A DNA stretch of 63,954 nucleotides, filler included, from Stramenopiles sp. TOSAG23-6 (taxonomy: Eukaryota), in the NCBI GenBank assembly GCA_900128565.1. It is 4 parts of 4 records of this genome, joined end to end, with 100 filler letters (N's around TTAATTAATTAA, not from the genome) between each part and the next. Parts side by side here need not be neighbours in the genome. Positions count along the whole stretch, not along the records: positions 17,059 to 33,824 come from LT636086.1; positions 33,925 to 50,686 come from LT636087.1; 2 more parts are not named here. One strand, 5' to 3'. The first letter of the stretch is position 1; each line of letters begins with the position of its first letter. This document shows positions 22,801-34,329 of the stretch, in pieces. The position numbers and the translations under genes were made by a program. The notes beneath the pieces are model-generated. The model did no database searches. It saw only the letters and a list, made by a program, of their open reading frames with translations, and had not been told where the DNA came from.

Positions 22801-23217
22801 AAAGTAAATACTAATTCCAATGAAGAAGGTCATGGTAATAATGATGAAAGACATGTAAAACTTCAATCTATTGCAAAAGCATTTTCACAAGAAAATGAAG
22901 GTGATCAAAGTGATAGTGGCGATATCACTGGCGATGAAAATGCTAACAGTGAAAGAAGTTTTCGTTTTCGTAGTCTAAGTCAAAAATTTAATTCACAAAA
23001 TACCGCTAGTCAATTTAGGTTCAAATCTAACAAATCCAGAAATTTTCGCCAATCAAAGCCATCATCAGAACCACAAATAATAAGCAATACAGACTTGTTA
23101 AAAATGATGGCGAACGAGTTTTATATCTCTCCGGATGAATATTCCTTTAGTGACCCATATTTGACTGAAGAAGATTTAATTATTGATTGTCTTAAGCATG
23201 ATATGAAGATACCATAA
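19842..23217 (+). CDS. Large secreted acidic protein with possible endonuclease/exonuclease/phosphatase-like domain (exons 19842-21785, 21877-23217)
   Basis: Signal peptide, Glu-rich repeats, IANWHG and ISGDSN motifs, coiled-coil C-terminal half; joined across intron 21786-21876. Confidence 0.65.
21786..21876 (+). other. Family-A intron (GT...TT, 91 nt)
   Basis: GTACGTTTT...GTACCTAAC...CACAGAACTT; using the CAG gives a stop, the CTT end is in frame; AGAACTTG direct repeat. Confidence 0.75.
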
Positions 23218-23384
23218 TTATTAAAAGTGTTATAAAAGTACTTTTGACACATTTAAACTATTTTTTATTTCCATTAAAAAAGAATGAAATCGATCTCAAA
23301 TCAAGGACGAATTTATAATTTAAAACTACTTGTGTCAAGTAATCCAAGTAATTCAATCACAGGCATTTATACTCGAAACATCCC

Positions 23385-24281
23385 CTAATTGAAGAGAAAA
23401 CTAAGCATATGACTGTTACCCTTTGCTAAAATATGAACACGTGGTAGCAATTGACGAATACCATATGGCACTGTATCAGATAAATTGTTATTCCGCAAAT
23501 CCAATGAAATCAGTCTTGTTAGTTGACCAATTTCACTTGGAATTGAACCAGATAGATTGTTCTCCAAAACGTGCAATATAGCTACACGCCCTTGCTCATT
23601 ACATGTAACTCCAATCCATTCACAAATATCAGTATCAGTTTTCCAGTTTTCTTGATTATCCCATTTGCTTCCGTTAGTATTATCATACAATGCAATCAAA
23701 GCTTCCTTTTCGTATAACTTTGTATGTTTTTTCTTGACACGGAGAAACCAATTTATACCACTTTCATTCAAGCTTTCTTTTTTTATCATCAAGCTGTCTT
23801 GTGTAACTTGAAAGTGATTAATCATGTCAACGTATAACATTTTATAGATGTTTTTCACATTGTCAAGGTGTTTCAGAGTAGATTCCGCCGATGTTGCTGT
23901 TGGTGCTGTTGCTGTTGCAAGGACTAGACTTATTTCATCCATGGTCGATTTGTTCCATCCACCAAAATCATTCGCAATTCTTTGTATAATAGCTCCTCTC
24001 TCCTTACGACTATATTCTTGCGCAGCTTTATGCATCTCCTGGCTTACACTTGAAACAGCAGCAATTTCTTTAAGTTTGAGGAAAGAGCTTACGCTCATAA
24101 GTAGGTTTTCAGAAGTAATATCTTTAATAGTTGGGACAAACACTCTACTTCCCCTCGTTCTCCTTTGGATCCTTTGGTTTCCTGGTGTCCCAGCTGCGAC
24201 GACAGTAATAATAAACATTGATAATAAGATAATTGAATTGTATGAAAACATTTTACCATTCAATAGCCTCCCCATGTTCAT
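23385..24281 (-). CDS. Signal peptide + F-box-like segment + plant-type LRR protein
   Basis: EALIALYDNTNG...W...CEWIGVTC LRR N-cap; NNLSGSIPSEIGQLTRL; LLMSVSSFLKLKEIAAVSSVSQEM is F-box-like. Confidence 0.75.
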   Translation of the reverse strand: MNMGRLLNGKMFSYNSIILLSMFIITVVAAGTPGNQRIQRRTRGSRVFVPTIKDITSENLLMSVSSFLKLKEIAAVSSVSQEMHKAAQEYSRKERGAIIQRIANDFGGWNKSTMDEISLVLATATAPTATSAESTLKHLDNVKNIYKMLYVDMINHFQVTQDSLMIKKESLNESGINWFLRVKKKHTKLYEKEALIALYDNTNGSKWDNQENWKTDTDICEWIGVTCNEQGRVAILHVLENNLSGSIPSEIGQLTRLISLDLRNNNLSDTVPYGIRQLLPRVHILAKGNSHMLSFLFN

Positions 24282-24739
24282 ATTTTCTTTTTTTTTTAAT
24301 TTACCCGCTAAAGCGGAAGACTACTGACTCAATTTTACCGGGTAAACTAAAGTCAGCTGACCAATTATTTAGGTATGAAATTCTCTATGAAAAAAAAGGC
24401 AAGTTCCTCTCATTACCTAGGGTTAGGGTTTTGGCAAATGGCATTAATTTTACCCTAAAAAAATGAAACAGGACAGGTTTGCGACATCGTATTTTTATTC
24501 TTTTTTTTGAATTAATTTTTTTGATTTTTGAATTCTCTCATCACAAAAACAAAAAACTCTCTGGAAGAGAAGAAATCTTTTTCTTCCTCCAAGATTTTGG
24601 AGATTCATTCTATTCCATTTGTGGACACAGTACAGGGAGAGACACCTGTGGTCGTCACATTATCATTGAGATTTATAGGTATTACATCATTAGCTTTAAG
24701 ATATAGTAGCTATTTGCAAAATACCAAAAGTCCAATAAA

Positions 24740-27700
24740 ATGACATTGTCCGTTGATCGAACACTCATTTCTTGGGTAAATTCTTTAGAGACTCCTGCGT
24801 GTCTCTCAGTAAAGTCTCTAAATGATTTATGTAATGGCGAGGCTATCATTGATATTCTTATTCGATTTGAACGAAAACATGAAAAGACTCTGATTAAACT
24901 TTGCCGGCGATCAATCTGTTCCTCGTCTTCTCTTTTACAGTCAAGCATAAACTTCCTGGGTAAAAAATATGGGTGGGATAAGTTACCACCGTTTCTTTCT
25001 CGACACAATGCAGCAGAAGCAATAATACTCGGTGAAGAACGCGGAATGAGAGATTTGGTTCAGTTTCTATACTCGGCATATATGCCTTTCACAAATACTT
25101 TAGGAAAAGAGAATTCGCGTGGGAATCGAGTAACGTTCAATACAGACGTGAACGAAAGAAAACCTCAATCTTTCACAGAAAATATACTGTCTTCAAATAG
25201 TAAAACATCGAAAAGTCTCCCATCTCGCAATATTGCAGCATGTCATACAAGTGTTCAGAAGAAAAAGAAAAAAATAGGTAAGAAAAACATTCAAAAGAAA
25301 CCTCAAAATAAATACAAACGACCTCTCTTAGGGAGAGGTAGAGTAGACAGTGCAGGTCTTCATCTAAGTGGAATGATCGATCCTACATATAAATTGGATA
25401 AATCACAACTAAAGAGACTTCAAAATAGCAATACTTCTGAGTTAAAAGGTGCAAGAGTTCAACAATCGAAAAATAAAACTAAATCTTACGTACAATGTCA
25501 AAGAGTATCAACGAAAGAATATCGAACAAAAAATGCTAGAAAAAAATCTTCTTCATCGGCCACACTCGATGTAAATAAAAAACAGGACAAAGCTATAAAT
25601 AATGATATTGTTTCAAGTACATACAATACTCAAACAACGAAAGCAATAGAATATTTAAGTATTTCAAGGAGGCATAAAAAGGAGAATTCCAAGGAAACTT
25701 CTGAAAAATTTCCCGATGAAGAAAAAAAAGCTTATTCAGGTATGGGGATTAGGACTCCAAATAAGTTATTACTAAGGCATCATGGTATTTTGCAATGGGT
25801 TTCGACACTTATTGGTCACCTAGGTCGACCAGTTTTATCAATGCGCGATGCGGGAATTATTTTTCGTGATGGTGTGCTCTTGTGTAACTTAGTAAGCTGT
25901 GTATTTGAAATTCCCAGTTCTGTTAAATATTTTAATTCTCATCCACATACTCAATTAGATTGTCTGCAAAATCTCAATGTAGCTCTATCGGCTCTTCGAT
26001 CTGCAACTGCAAAGAATGCCGGAATGCCACAGCAGTATTTATGGTGTGCTAAAGAATTGGAGAAAGGTAATCCAAAAGTATTATTCGGACTTTTATCGGG
26101 AATACGACATGTTAATAAAAATCTTCAAAATAGTCAATTGCTAAGTGCAGCACGAAAACAACAACAAAACACGTCCTATAACAGTCAATCGTACCAGAAA
26201 GATAATGATGGCAGTACCCAAAACGATGATGTTAGTAACCAAAATGAAGAAAGTATAGATTTGGAAAATGATGCTAACATTCGAGTGCGTAAAATTACGA
26301 ATTGGCTATACTCCATTCAACCAAATTTACTTATCAACGCATCATTATGGGGTCAGGGTGACATCCTTCAAGATAGATTTCGTAATGGTTTACTCCTATG
26401 TGAAATTGCAAGTGAACTTAAACCAGACAGAGGTGTCGAAGTGCCTCACAAGAAACCTGTATCCCTTGCAGCAGTGCGTGAGAATATTGCATTTGCTTTA
26501 GCAGGTATTGACAGTAGTGTTCCACCTCGGCCTCCCTCTCTCACTGAAGCAGATGGCATTCTTCGAGGAGGAGGTGCTGTAATGTGGCGATTGTTATGGT
26601 TATTAATGTCTGCAGGTGGAACTGTTGAAATATGTGAAGATTTTTTATTTGAAATGAAGACGGGAAATCCACCACCAAATGTAGTCACAAAACAGAATGA
26701 TAATATTTCTGATGACTCTACAGAAGTCTGTGATACAGAGACAAGTAGCATACAAGAGAAAAAGAAAAATGAATTCACTTCTTATACCCCAAAAGAGCTT
26801 AATTTGCTTGAACAATCTCTTTTATTATGGTTATGGGATTTGGGAATTTTAGATCGAAAAAGCGATGGTCGTATGCCTCAACATATTAGCAAAAATTGTA
26901 TCGGGGACTCTTTATTGAATGGAACTTTTTTAGGAGAATTAGTTGAAATAGTAACTGATGCGCCAATGCAAGGCATTAATAAGAAACCTCAATCTACAAG
27001 TGTTGCCAAAAGAAATTTTTGTAAATCGCTTCAACAACTCCGCCGACAACCGAGAATGGGAAAGAGATATGTCAATGATGTTCAAACTACATCGGAGCAG
27101 CTTCTTATCGGAAATAGACTAGTCTGGTTACAACTACTTGAGGATTGTCATAGACTAGATTCTGGTGCATATCCCAGACCTGTTCATCCAAAACGCAAAG
27201 AAATGCCATATTTTGGTAGGTTTGTACCTGTGTCTGGACATAGAAAAAATGTGCCTCTTCTATGTACATCAATAATCAACCAAAATAATCCAATCTTAGT
27301 CCCTTCAGAAACGATGAAATCAAAAAAGACGAAAAATACAGGTACGACAATTGGAGAGTGTAATATACCTGAAATATTTCGATCGAATGATGCCGATATA
27401 GTACCCAGGCCATTTTCTTCTATACCAGGATTTCCGGGTGGACCTACAATGTCAGTATCATCTTCTGGTTCAAGAAATAATAGTATAATGAAATCCTCTT
27501 GTAAATCTACAAAAAGTAGATGTATATTGTCTAAGACTTGCTCCATTGAACATTATGAAAAAGAATCATCACATGTAGATTCCACGATAAACACGATAAA
27601 AAAGATAAATCGAGACAAAAATGTTGCAAGACAATCTGCAGCGGAAGAAAAACACATATCGAGAGTGTATGATTCATCAAGAAAGAAATCCAAACCATTA

Positions 27701-28171
27701 GTAAGAGTCTCAGAAAACAGATGGAATACCGAGGCGACAACAACAAATGAAACACATAATACTGTCCTCACAAATTGTCGCAAGAATATTGCATCCGCAC
27801 ATGATGTAGCTGATGCTGCAGTGACAATATGTGAATGGTTTGATAAGCTATGTATTCCACTACCTGATCCAAGTACTTTGACATGTGACAACACCGAGAC
27901 ATTCCGAGATGGCTTATTACTTTGTCGGCTCGTTCAACGATTGGAACATATCCGAGGTACTTTACCAGGTGTTGATCGCAACCCCAAAGCAGGTGCATCT
28001 TGTCTCAATAATATACGTAAAGCACTTGAAGTATTACGCCGAAAGAAGAATATGCCACTCGATTATTTATGGAGCGAAGAAGAGATAAGATCAGGGAATT
28101 GTGATGTTGTTAGAAAATTACTAATGCAGGTGCGTAAAGCATATGGATTTCACTTACGACCATGTTCATAG
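24740..28171 (+). CDS. Multi calponin-homology domain protein
   Basis: Repeated FRDGxLLCxLV...NIxxAL...LW motifs in about five CH-like units; 1143 aa. Confidence 0.8.
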   Translation: MTLSVDRTLISWVNSLETPACLSVKSLNDLCNGEAIIDILIRFERKHEKTLIKLCRRSICSSSSLLQSSINFLGKKYGWDKLPPFLSRHNAAEAIILGEERGMRDLVQFLYSAYMPFTNTLGKENSRGNRVTFNTDVNERKPQSFTENILSSNSKTSKSLPSRNIAACHTSVQKKKKKIGKKNIQKKPQNKYKRPLLGRGRVDSAGLHLSGMIDPTYKLDKSQLKRLQNSNTSELKGARVQQSKNKTKSYVQCQRVSTKEYRTKNARKKSSSSATLDVNKKQDKAINNDIVSSTYNTQTTKAIEYLSISRRHKKENSKETSEKFPDEEKKAYSGMGIRTPNKLLLRHHGILQWVSTLIGHLGRPVLSMRDAGIIFRDGVLLCNLVSCVFEIPSSVKYFNSHPHTQLDCLQNLNVALSALRSATAKNAGMPQQYLWCAKELEKGNPKVLFGLLSGIRHVNKNLQNSQLLSAARKQQQNTSYNSQSYQKDNDGSTQNDDVSNQNEESIDLENDANIRVRKITNWLYSIQPNLLINASLWGQGDILQDRFRNGLLLCEIASELKPDRGVEVPHKKPVSLAAVRENIAFALAGIDSSVPPRPPSLTEADGILRGGGAVMWRLLWLLMSAGGTVEICEDFLFEMKTGNPPPNVVTKQNDNISDDSTEVCDTETSSIQEKKKNEFTSYTPKELNLLEQSLLLWLWDLGILDRKSDGRMPQHISKNCIGDSLLNGTFLGELVEIVTDAPMQGINKKPQSTSVAKRNFCKSLQQLRRQPRMGKRYVNDVQTTSEQLLIGNRLVWLQLLEDCHRLDSGAYPRPVHPKRKEMPYFGRFVPVSGHRKNVPLLCTSIINQNNPILVPSETMKSKKTKNTGTTIGECNIPEIFRSNDADIVPRPFSSIPGFPGGPTMSVSSSGSRNNSIMKSSCKSTKSRCILSKTCSIEHYEKESSHVDSTINTIKKINRDKNVARQSAAEEKHISRVYDSSRKKSKPLVRVSENRWNTEATTTNETHNTVLTNCRKNIASAHDVADAAVTICEWFDKLCIPLPDPSTLTCDNTETFRDGLLLCRLVQRLEHIRGTLPGVDRNPKAGASCLNNIRKALEVLRRKKNMPLDYLWSEEEIRSGNCDVVRKLLMQVRKAYGFHLRPCS

Positions 28172-28290
28172 ATAATTATCTCCTATTATTTACTTTAATA
28201 GTTATTTATACAATATTATGTTTTTTTTACTCTTTTATTACTTTTACATACTATTTTTTCAAGACTCTTAAAGTAGACTATTTAGGCAAT

Positions 28291-29130
28291 TTAGGTACTA
28301 CCTACTACCAAAGATACATCTGCAAGCATGGATAAATTTTGATGATTTACTTTTGCCTTCTTCCTTGAGGTATTATTTTCGAACGTCACTGTTTTCCCTC
28401 TTTTTTTTTTTTGGAGTGTTTTTTTCTTCATTTGTTCATTTGCGGCATAAATGAGCGACGCAGCGCCTCCATGACCAAGACGTATTGCAAGATCAAAAGC
28501 AGTTTCGTTATTGTTTGAACGAGCATGTACGATCTTTTTAAAATCACCTCCAGAGGTTATCGCAGTACGTAAGATATGCTTACATGTGCGTAAGTCATCC
28601 ATAATCACTGCTAAATGTAGAGCAGTTTGTCCAGATATGTTTTTAAGAAATAACTTTGAACCTTGAAGAATTAGTAGATTGATCATTTGTCGATTGCGTT
28701 CTAAGATTGCATAATGAAGTGGGGGATGTTTTGATATATTTACCATATTGATATCTGCTCCAGCATGAATCAATTGATTTGCACGCATTTCGTTTTTATT
28801 TATTGTGGCAAAATGTAGGGGTGTATAACCAAGGCTATCTTGATCATTGACAGAAAAAACAGAAGAATTTCGACTGTCTACGATACCAGCGTGTCTGTTT
28901 TGAGAAGGAAGATGAAAAGCAGTGCGACCATTCACATCCGTATGATTTATGTCACCGTCTTGATGTTGCGCTTGTACTACACGATCAAGTTCACCCGGTT
29001 CAGCAACTGCGTGAAGTAAATTTGTTGCAGAACCTCTCAACTGTTTCGAAAGTTCACTGCCTACGCTGGTGGTTGGTGTTGCTGCGTTACAAATATCGAC
29101 AAGAAGAAAAGTAAAGTACACAAGGAGCAT
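28291..29130 (-). CDS. Ankyrin repeat protein with predicted signal peptide
   Basis: GYTPLHFA, PPLHYA, GQTALHLA, ETAFDLA; likely start MLLVYFTFLL at 29130; basic C-terminal tail. Confidence 0.85.
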   Translation of the reverse strand: MLLVYFTFLLVDICNAATPTTSVGSELSKQLRGSATNLLHAVAEPGELDRVVQAQHQDGDINHTDVNGRTAFHLPSQNRHAGIVDSRNSSVFSVNDQDSLGYTPLHFATINKNEMRANQLIHAGADINMVNISKHPPLHYAILERNRQMINLLILQGSKLFLKNISGQTALHLAVIMDDLRTCKHILRTAITSGGDFKKIVHARSNNNETAFDLAIRLGHGGAASLIYAANEQMKKKTLQKKKRGKTVTFENNTSRKKAKVNHQNLSMLADVSLVVGST

Positions 29131-29470
29131 ATTTATTATCCTTTCTTCGCAATGGTTTATGTTGCTATTGGCGATGCGCAATAATCTTACTGCGGGGTAG
29201 CAAAAAGCTTGATCGTGTCGAGTTACTCGAGTAGTGGCAGATTTTACGGAACACGTGCTCTTCATCAAAAATCCGCAAAAATCTCCGGGAAAATCGCAAA
29301 AGTCGGAAATCTTGTTCAATCTTGTTATATACCTTGGAAATTTTAGATCTTAGCGGTTGCATTCGATTAAATAAATTGTCACCATTATTTAAATGCACGC
29401 GCAAATCAGTGCAAGTGGTTATGAATAAATTAATATTGATATATGATAATGTATTAGTTATAATGATAGT

Positions 29471-30466
29471 TTAATTTGACGTAAAACCTCCTCTAAAGTT
29501 ACTCATTAAGACTTGCCACGCACTAAGTAAGCCTTTACCACTTTTAAACTCTGCCCATCGACTTTCTTGGATTTGGAGTTTTTTGAAGTGCTTCTTTTCA
29601 CTGTTAGACAGTTCTTCATATGGGTTTAGTACTTCACGTAGCATTGTAGCTTCGCGGCGTTCGTCTGGTGATGACATTGATAATTGAGTTGTGTACGACG
29701 GTTTCATCAATTCTATCATGGGAAAATTTATAGTCATACTCTCTGACTCTGACACAACTTTATCACCCCAATAATCGGACCCCTCTATTTTGGAAACAGT
29801 AAATTTTGGTGGAAAATGTTCTACAATAAAATCATGTTCATTACGTTTATCATGTTTTGCATACTTTAGTGGAATGCCTAGCCCAAGTGTAGTTGATAAG
29901 TATGGAACAACATTGTCTTCATCGTTATCATCTTTCATATACTCAACGGTCCAAGATCTTCGATTATTCATTCTTGGAGGCTCCTCCAATTGGTCTCCTC
30001 TAATTATGGGGGAGTTTCTAATACACACGACAGGAAATGCCTTTTTCTGCTCATCCTCCATTTTCCCCAGATCTACATTCATCTCATCCTTCTTGTCATC
30101 CTCCAACCATTTGGAATTTTCTCGAGCTGCCTCCTTCTCCAGACGACATTTACTATCATCTTTCGGCTCCAAACAGAGTAGTAAAGTTCTGACATTGGAC
30201 TCTTTATGCGGTGGATTCAAGCAATGTCGCGGAGCATCTTTATATTCGTAAAAATACCTCTCACAATCTTCAGCAAATATATTGCGGCAAGCTATGTTCG
30301 ATCCATATGTAGGTCTTGGTGGTCTTTTTTTTGTACCTTGCGACCTTTTCTTCAAACCTTGTTGCTCATCGTTTTCAAGAGTCAAGTTAATATCACATTT
30401 TTCACTAACGACTGTACTAGAGAGTGAAATGATTATGATAGCAGATATTGTGTAGTGTGAACACAT
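29471..30466 (-). CDS. Hypothetical secreted protein
   Basis: Long ORF; likely start MCSHYTISAIIIISL with signal peptide; Cys-containing N-terminal part. Confidence 0.6.
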   Translation of the reverse strand: MCSHYTISAIIIISLSSTVVSEKCDINLTLENDEQQGLKKRSQGTKKRPPRPTYGSNIACRNIFAEDCERYFYEYKDAPRHCLNPPHKESNVRTLLLCLEPKDDSKCRLEKEAARENSKWLEDDKKDEMNVDLGKMEDEQKKAFPVVCIRNSPIIRGDQLEEPPRMNNRRSWTVEYMKDDNDEDNVVPYLSTTLGLGIPLKYAKHDKRNEHDFIVEHFPPKFTVSKIEGSDYWGDKVVSESESMTINFPMIELMKPSYTTQLSMSSPDERREATMLREVLNPYEELSNSEKKHFKKLQIQESRWAEFKSGKGLLSAWQVLMSNFRGGFTSN

Positions 30467-30692
30467 TTTAATGTGGTTGTTAAAAGAAACGTAGTAAAAG
30501 AACGTAGAAAAAAAAATAAACAGCTTTGGCCGAGAATAATTATAACGGACATTATCGGATATATGCGACGCCTCGAAAAAACGGGGAAAACACGAAATAA
30601 GAAACCAATTCAGTCCAGGCAAGTAAAAAATCTTCCTGAACATCGTACCCTAAATGATGAAAAAGATAAGTACATATTAGGAGCTTTTATTT

Positions 30693-31742
30693 TTAATTAT
30701 TTTTTTCTTCGCCTTTATCTTTTGCACCTTTTGTTGCAATATGTGCCATATTTACTAAAGCTGCAAGACGTTCTCGAAGTGATGGACCAACACCAAGATC
30801 AAGTAAATCATCATTATTCAATTCGAAGTATTGAGCTCCACTAATTTCGTCTTCCATAAATCTTGAAAATGCAATTTTTGCCAATGGACCACCCCATGAT
30901 GATGTAGGGCTACTACTACTATCACTGTCGTCATTGGATACCATGATTCCATCTCCACACATACCATTATGGCGAAGAAATTCACACCATTTTTTAGAAT
31001 CTAGTAATGTGATATCTTCGCGTTTTTCAAATTCTCCTTTCCAATTACGAAATCTTGGAAGTTTCTCTAATGGTGGTTTCCATCCTGATACTTCAATAGC
31101 ACAGCGGCTTGCATTTGCCGCAGCTATTGTAGCTAGAAGCGCAGTTGCTGCAGCTGGTGTAATAGGAATACCATGTTCATCTTGAATGTGGACTCCATAT
31201 TGTTTTTCGGCCTCTAAAAGAGCTTTCTCAGTTCGTTTAACACGTTGAAGATCCATTTCCCATACACGTAGTGCTGCAGCAGTGTCGTCTTCACTAGGTA
31301 GAAGTTTTTCTGCCTCGCCTAATGCAAAAGGCATCACCAGAGGGTTTCGATATAGAGCAAACCCTAAACTCGACTCAATACGCGGTCCTAATCGGGAATT
31401 AGACACAAAATCAAGATCAGATGGTATCTTAACTAAATAGATTATTCCTCGCCAACGAAAAGTTGAGTCGTCTCCGTTTACGCGGCGTACTTCCTTCCAG
31501 TTTTGTATGGCTTCAACAGTTTCCATTGTCGAAGCTCGCACAAGATCAAGTAAATCATTAACTCGTTTACGTCTATCTTTAAAATCCGTTGTTTCTATGG
31601 CGTGCCTTAGCTGTTGAATTATGCTTTCTCGCAACATTATTCGATGAAGTGCATCTTGCATAAGCTCCATGCAATCAGTTTCTTTGAAAATGATACTTGA
31701 AATACATTTCTTGCCTTTTTTTCGGTGTCCCTTCTTTAACAT
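30693..31742 (-). CDS. Hypothetical protein with C-terminal SAM-like domain
   Basis: FMEDEISGAQYFELNNDDLLDLGV is SAM-like. Confidence 0.65.
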   Translation of the reverse strand: MLKKGHRKKGKKCISSIIFKETDCMELMQDALHRIMLRESIIQQLRHAIETTDFKDRRKRVNDLLDLVRASTMETVEAIQNWKEVRRVNGDDSTFRWRGIIYLVKIPSDLDFVSNSRLGPRIESSLGFALYRNPLVMPFALGEAEKLLPSEDDTAAALRVWEMDLQRVKRTEKALLEAEKQYGVHIQDEHGIPITPAAATALLATIAAANASRCAIEVSGWKPPLEKLPRFRNWKGEFEKREDITLLDSKKWCEFLRHNGMCGDGIMVSNDDSDSSSSPTSSWGGPLAKIAFSRFMEDEISGAQYFELNNDDLLDLGVGPSLRERLAALVNMAHIATKGAKDKGEEKNN

Positions 31743-32133
31743 TTTCTGAAGGTTGGTAGTTTCACTTGTTCAATAGGCTATCATTTCTTTCTGTGGACTA
31801 TGATATATATAACAATTCATAAAATTTCGAGGGATACTTGTACGTCAAGATTCAAGAGTGCAATGAACTTTAGGAAATGCTTAAAAGTATCATAAACTTG
31901 AAGAAAAAAAATAATGATATACCCTTGCCTTATACGGTATCGTGGACTTTTGATGACGTTTTACGGTTTCATATCATCCAATTCGAATGCCGAAGTCCCG
32001 ACGATTTGTTAGGTACGAAATTATCTACGAAAAAAAACAGGGAATTTTAAAACAAAGAAATATAAGATTTCGTGGCATACACTACATATAGTAAAAACAT
32101 GGACTTTTATATTAATAAAAACTACAACTATAT

Positions 32134-33021
32134 TTATGCGCTTACTTTAGAAGCACGGTTCTTTTTTCCTGTCTTTGATTTTTTCACTTGTTTATTAGAA
32201 GTGCTAGCTTTACGCTTCTTTTTAGATGGCATAGAAACAGCGACTGGTTTATCCAAAACTTTTTGTTCTTCTTCAACACTAGTATCAATCGAAGAAGTGT
32301 CGAATGGGAGAGAATTGTATATTGGCAAAGCAATAGAATTAGAAGTTTTAATGTGAATAGCTTGAATACCCTTCATTTTACGTGGTATTTTAAGAGAAAT
32401 CGTTTCCATAGCACCCATAATGTTATCAACGATTGCTTCATGTTCCATATTAGTGAGGCCAATGCGCACCGAACTGCACGCACCCCAACCAAGATAAAGA
32501 TATGTAGCGTTACGCGCACGCTCTACTTGTTTCTTAAGATTTCTTCTACCAATTACTTTGATTGGAATTGGTTGTTTCTTAGCGACAAAGAACTTCTTTC
32601 CGATTGCCTTTGGTAACATAGGTAAGATGCGGTCATCTGTCAAGAAAACGTCGTAAGAGCTCAAGAGCTCGCGTCGTTGCTTATACTGAGCATAGTTTTT
32701 GCGTAGTTTGTTGAGACCAATAACTTTTTTGAGACCATCAACTGGTTCCGCTTCCAATTTTGCTTTCACATCCTTTGCATCACTTTCTTTCACGAATAAA
32801 CACATCTCAGTTGAGTTTTCGTCGAAAAGCGTGTTGGGGATTGGAATGTGAATTGGCTTGTTTGAAGGTTTGTCTGGAATTTTAACCAGAGACAAAATCA
32901 AGGAGATGTTTTCACCATCATCAAGTAGAGATATCTTACTTTGTGCATCCTTCTTTGCCTGTACATATTTCAACAGTGATTTTACTGCTCGGTTAACCTG
33001 GTCACGATCCAAAGAGGCCAT
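32134..33021 (-). CDS. RSL1D1: Ribosomal L1 domain-containing nucleolar protein
   Basis: RRELLSSYDVFLTDDRILPMLPKAIGKKFF, SIALPIY, Lys-rich tail. Confidence 0.9.
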   Translation of the reverse strand: MASLDRDQVNRAVKSLLKYVQAKKDAQSKISLLDDGENISLILSLVKIPDKPSNKPIHIPIPNTLFDENSTEMCLFVKESDAKDVKAKLEAEPVDGLKKVIGLNKLRKNYAQYKQRRELLSSYDVFLTDDRILPMLPKAIGKKFFVAKKQPIPIKVIGRRNLKKQVERARNATYLYLGWGACSSVRIGLTNMEHEAIVDNIMGAMETISLKIPRKMKGIQAIHIKTSNSIALPIYNSLPFDTSSIDTSVEEEQKVLDKPVAVSMPSKKKRKASTSNKQVKKSKTGKKNRASKVSA

Positions 33022-33319
33022 TTTGCGTGACTATTACAATCGCTTTTTAGTACTGAAATACAATGTACAACTGCACACAAAGAAGAAGTCAGCACTGAAT
33101 ACTATTTTTTGATGTTTCTTTAGGTAAAGAATTTATATACGGATAGTACAACACGAAATCATTTTTCGAGGTACCGGGTATCGATATTTTCGAAAACCCT
33201 CTTATTTTTTGATTGATAGGTTTCGACTTATCTCCTTGTTTCGACTCGAGAAACTTATTTTTCTAAAGGTACTATTAAAATCCGTTATATTAGCTTAAAG
33301 GATAAGTGAGTTTTCATTC

Positions 33320-33824
33320 ATGGATATCCGTGGCTTCTTCAAAGGTCCTGCGACGGGAGGGAAAGCAACCCCCAAAAAGTCATCTCCCAAAAAGTCGGAG
33401 TCGTCAAAGAAAAGAAAGAAACAACCTATAATACTTTCTTCAGACGATGAAGGCCCTACTATGAAGAAGAAGAGTCCTGTTAAGCGTTCCAAGAAATCAA
33501 AGAAAAAGCCAGCTTCAGATACTTCAGGTGTTTATAAGTGGCAGTGGTCAAAATCTGGTACTACAGATTTTGTTGATTATACCTCTGACATCAATACTTT
33601 GTTAGAATCAGGTTTCAACAAGTCAGAAAAAATTGTAAGAATCGAAATGGACGGCTTTGAATACACTGTGAATCTCAAGCGTATGAGACAAATCCATGCT
33701 GAAACTGGAGTTGGGCGATCTATTCGTCGTGTAAAAGGCTCCAATAAATTGGACACGTCATCGCCGAAGAAGAAGGCTCCGAAGAAACGAAAGGCTAAAA
33801 AGCAAGTGGTTAGTATCAGTAGTG
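33320..33824 (+). CDS. 3'-partial nuclear protein with WWE domain; N-terminus resembles RFC1
   Basis: MDIRGFF start; WQW...Y...LE...YTVNLKRMRQIHAETGVGRSIRR is WWE-like; cut by linker. Confidence 0.65.
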
Positions 33825-33924
33825 NNNNNNNNNNNNNNNNNNNNNNNNNNNNNNNNNNNNNNNNNNNNTTAATTAATTAANNNNNNNNNNNNNNNNNNNN
33901 NNNNNNNNNNNNNNNNNNNNNNNN
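33825..33924. other. Artificial contig linker
   Basis: N-run, TTAATTAATTAA, N-run. Confidence 0.99.
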
Positions 33925-33925
33925 T

Positions 33926-34295
33926 AAAAAACCATTTAAAATCTCAAGGGGCTTTTTCTAGATTAGTTAATGTTCGTTTTTTAAAAAAGAATTTAGATTC
34001 TTTTGGTTTTGCTAAACCTTTTAAGACTTTATTAAATGGTCTTTTATACATTGCAACAGTAAAATCAGAAAATTTTGATACTTTTAATTTTAGTTTTGAC
34101 AAAAGTTCGAAAAACTATTATTTAATCGGTATTTTTTATCGTAACAAGTTATATTACCCTTCAAATATAAGTTTGTTTAACAAATTGTCCCATGATGGTC
34201 TTTTTTTGAGGTTATTAAATATATTATTATTTAAGCAAAAATTATTAGCTTTTTATTTTAAAAGTTGTAAACTTTTTTTTTATAAAAAAAGTTAA
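33926..34295 (+). CDS. rpl10: Mitochondrial ORF, 5'-partial, probably divergent ribosomal protein L10
   Basis: Open frame ...LVNVRFLKK...FKTLLNGLLYIA...LIGIFYRNKLYYP...; absent from the ORF track (no start). Confidence 0.5.
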
Positions 34296-34329
34296 TATTT
34301 TTCTTTTCATAAAAGTTTTATGTTTTTAT

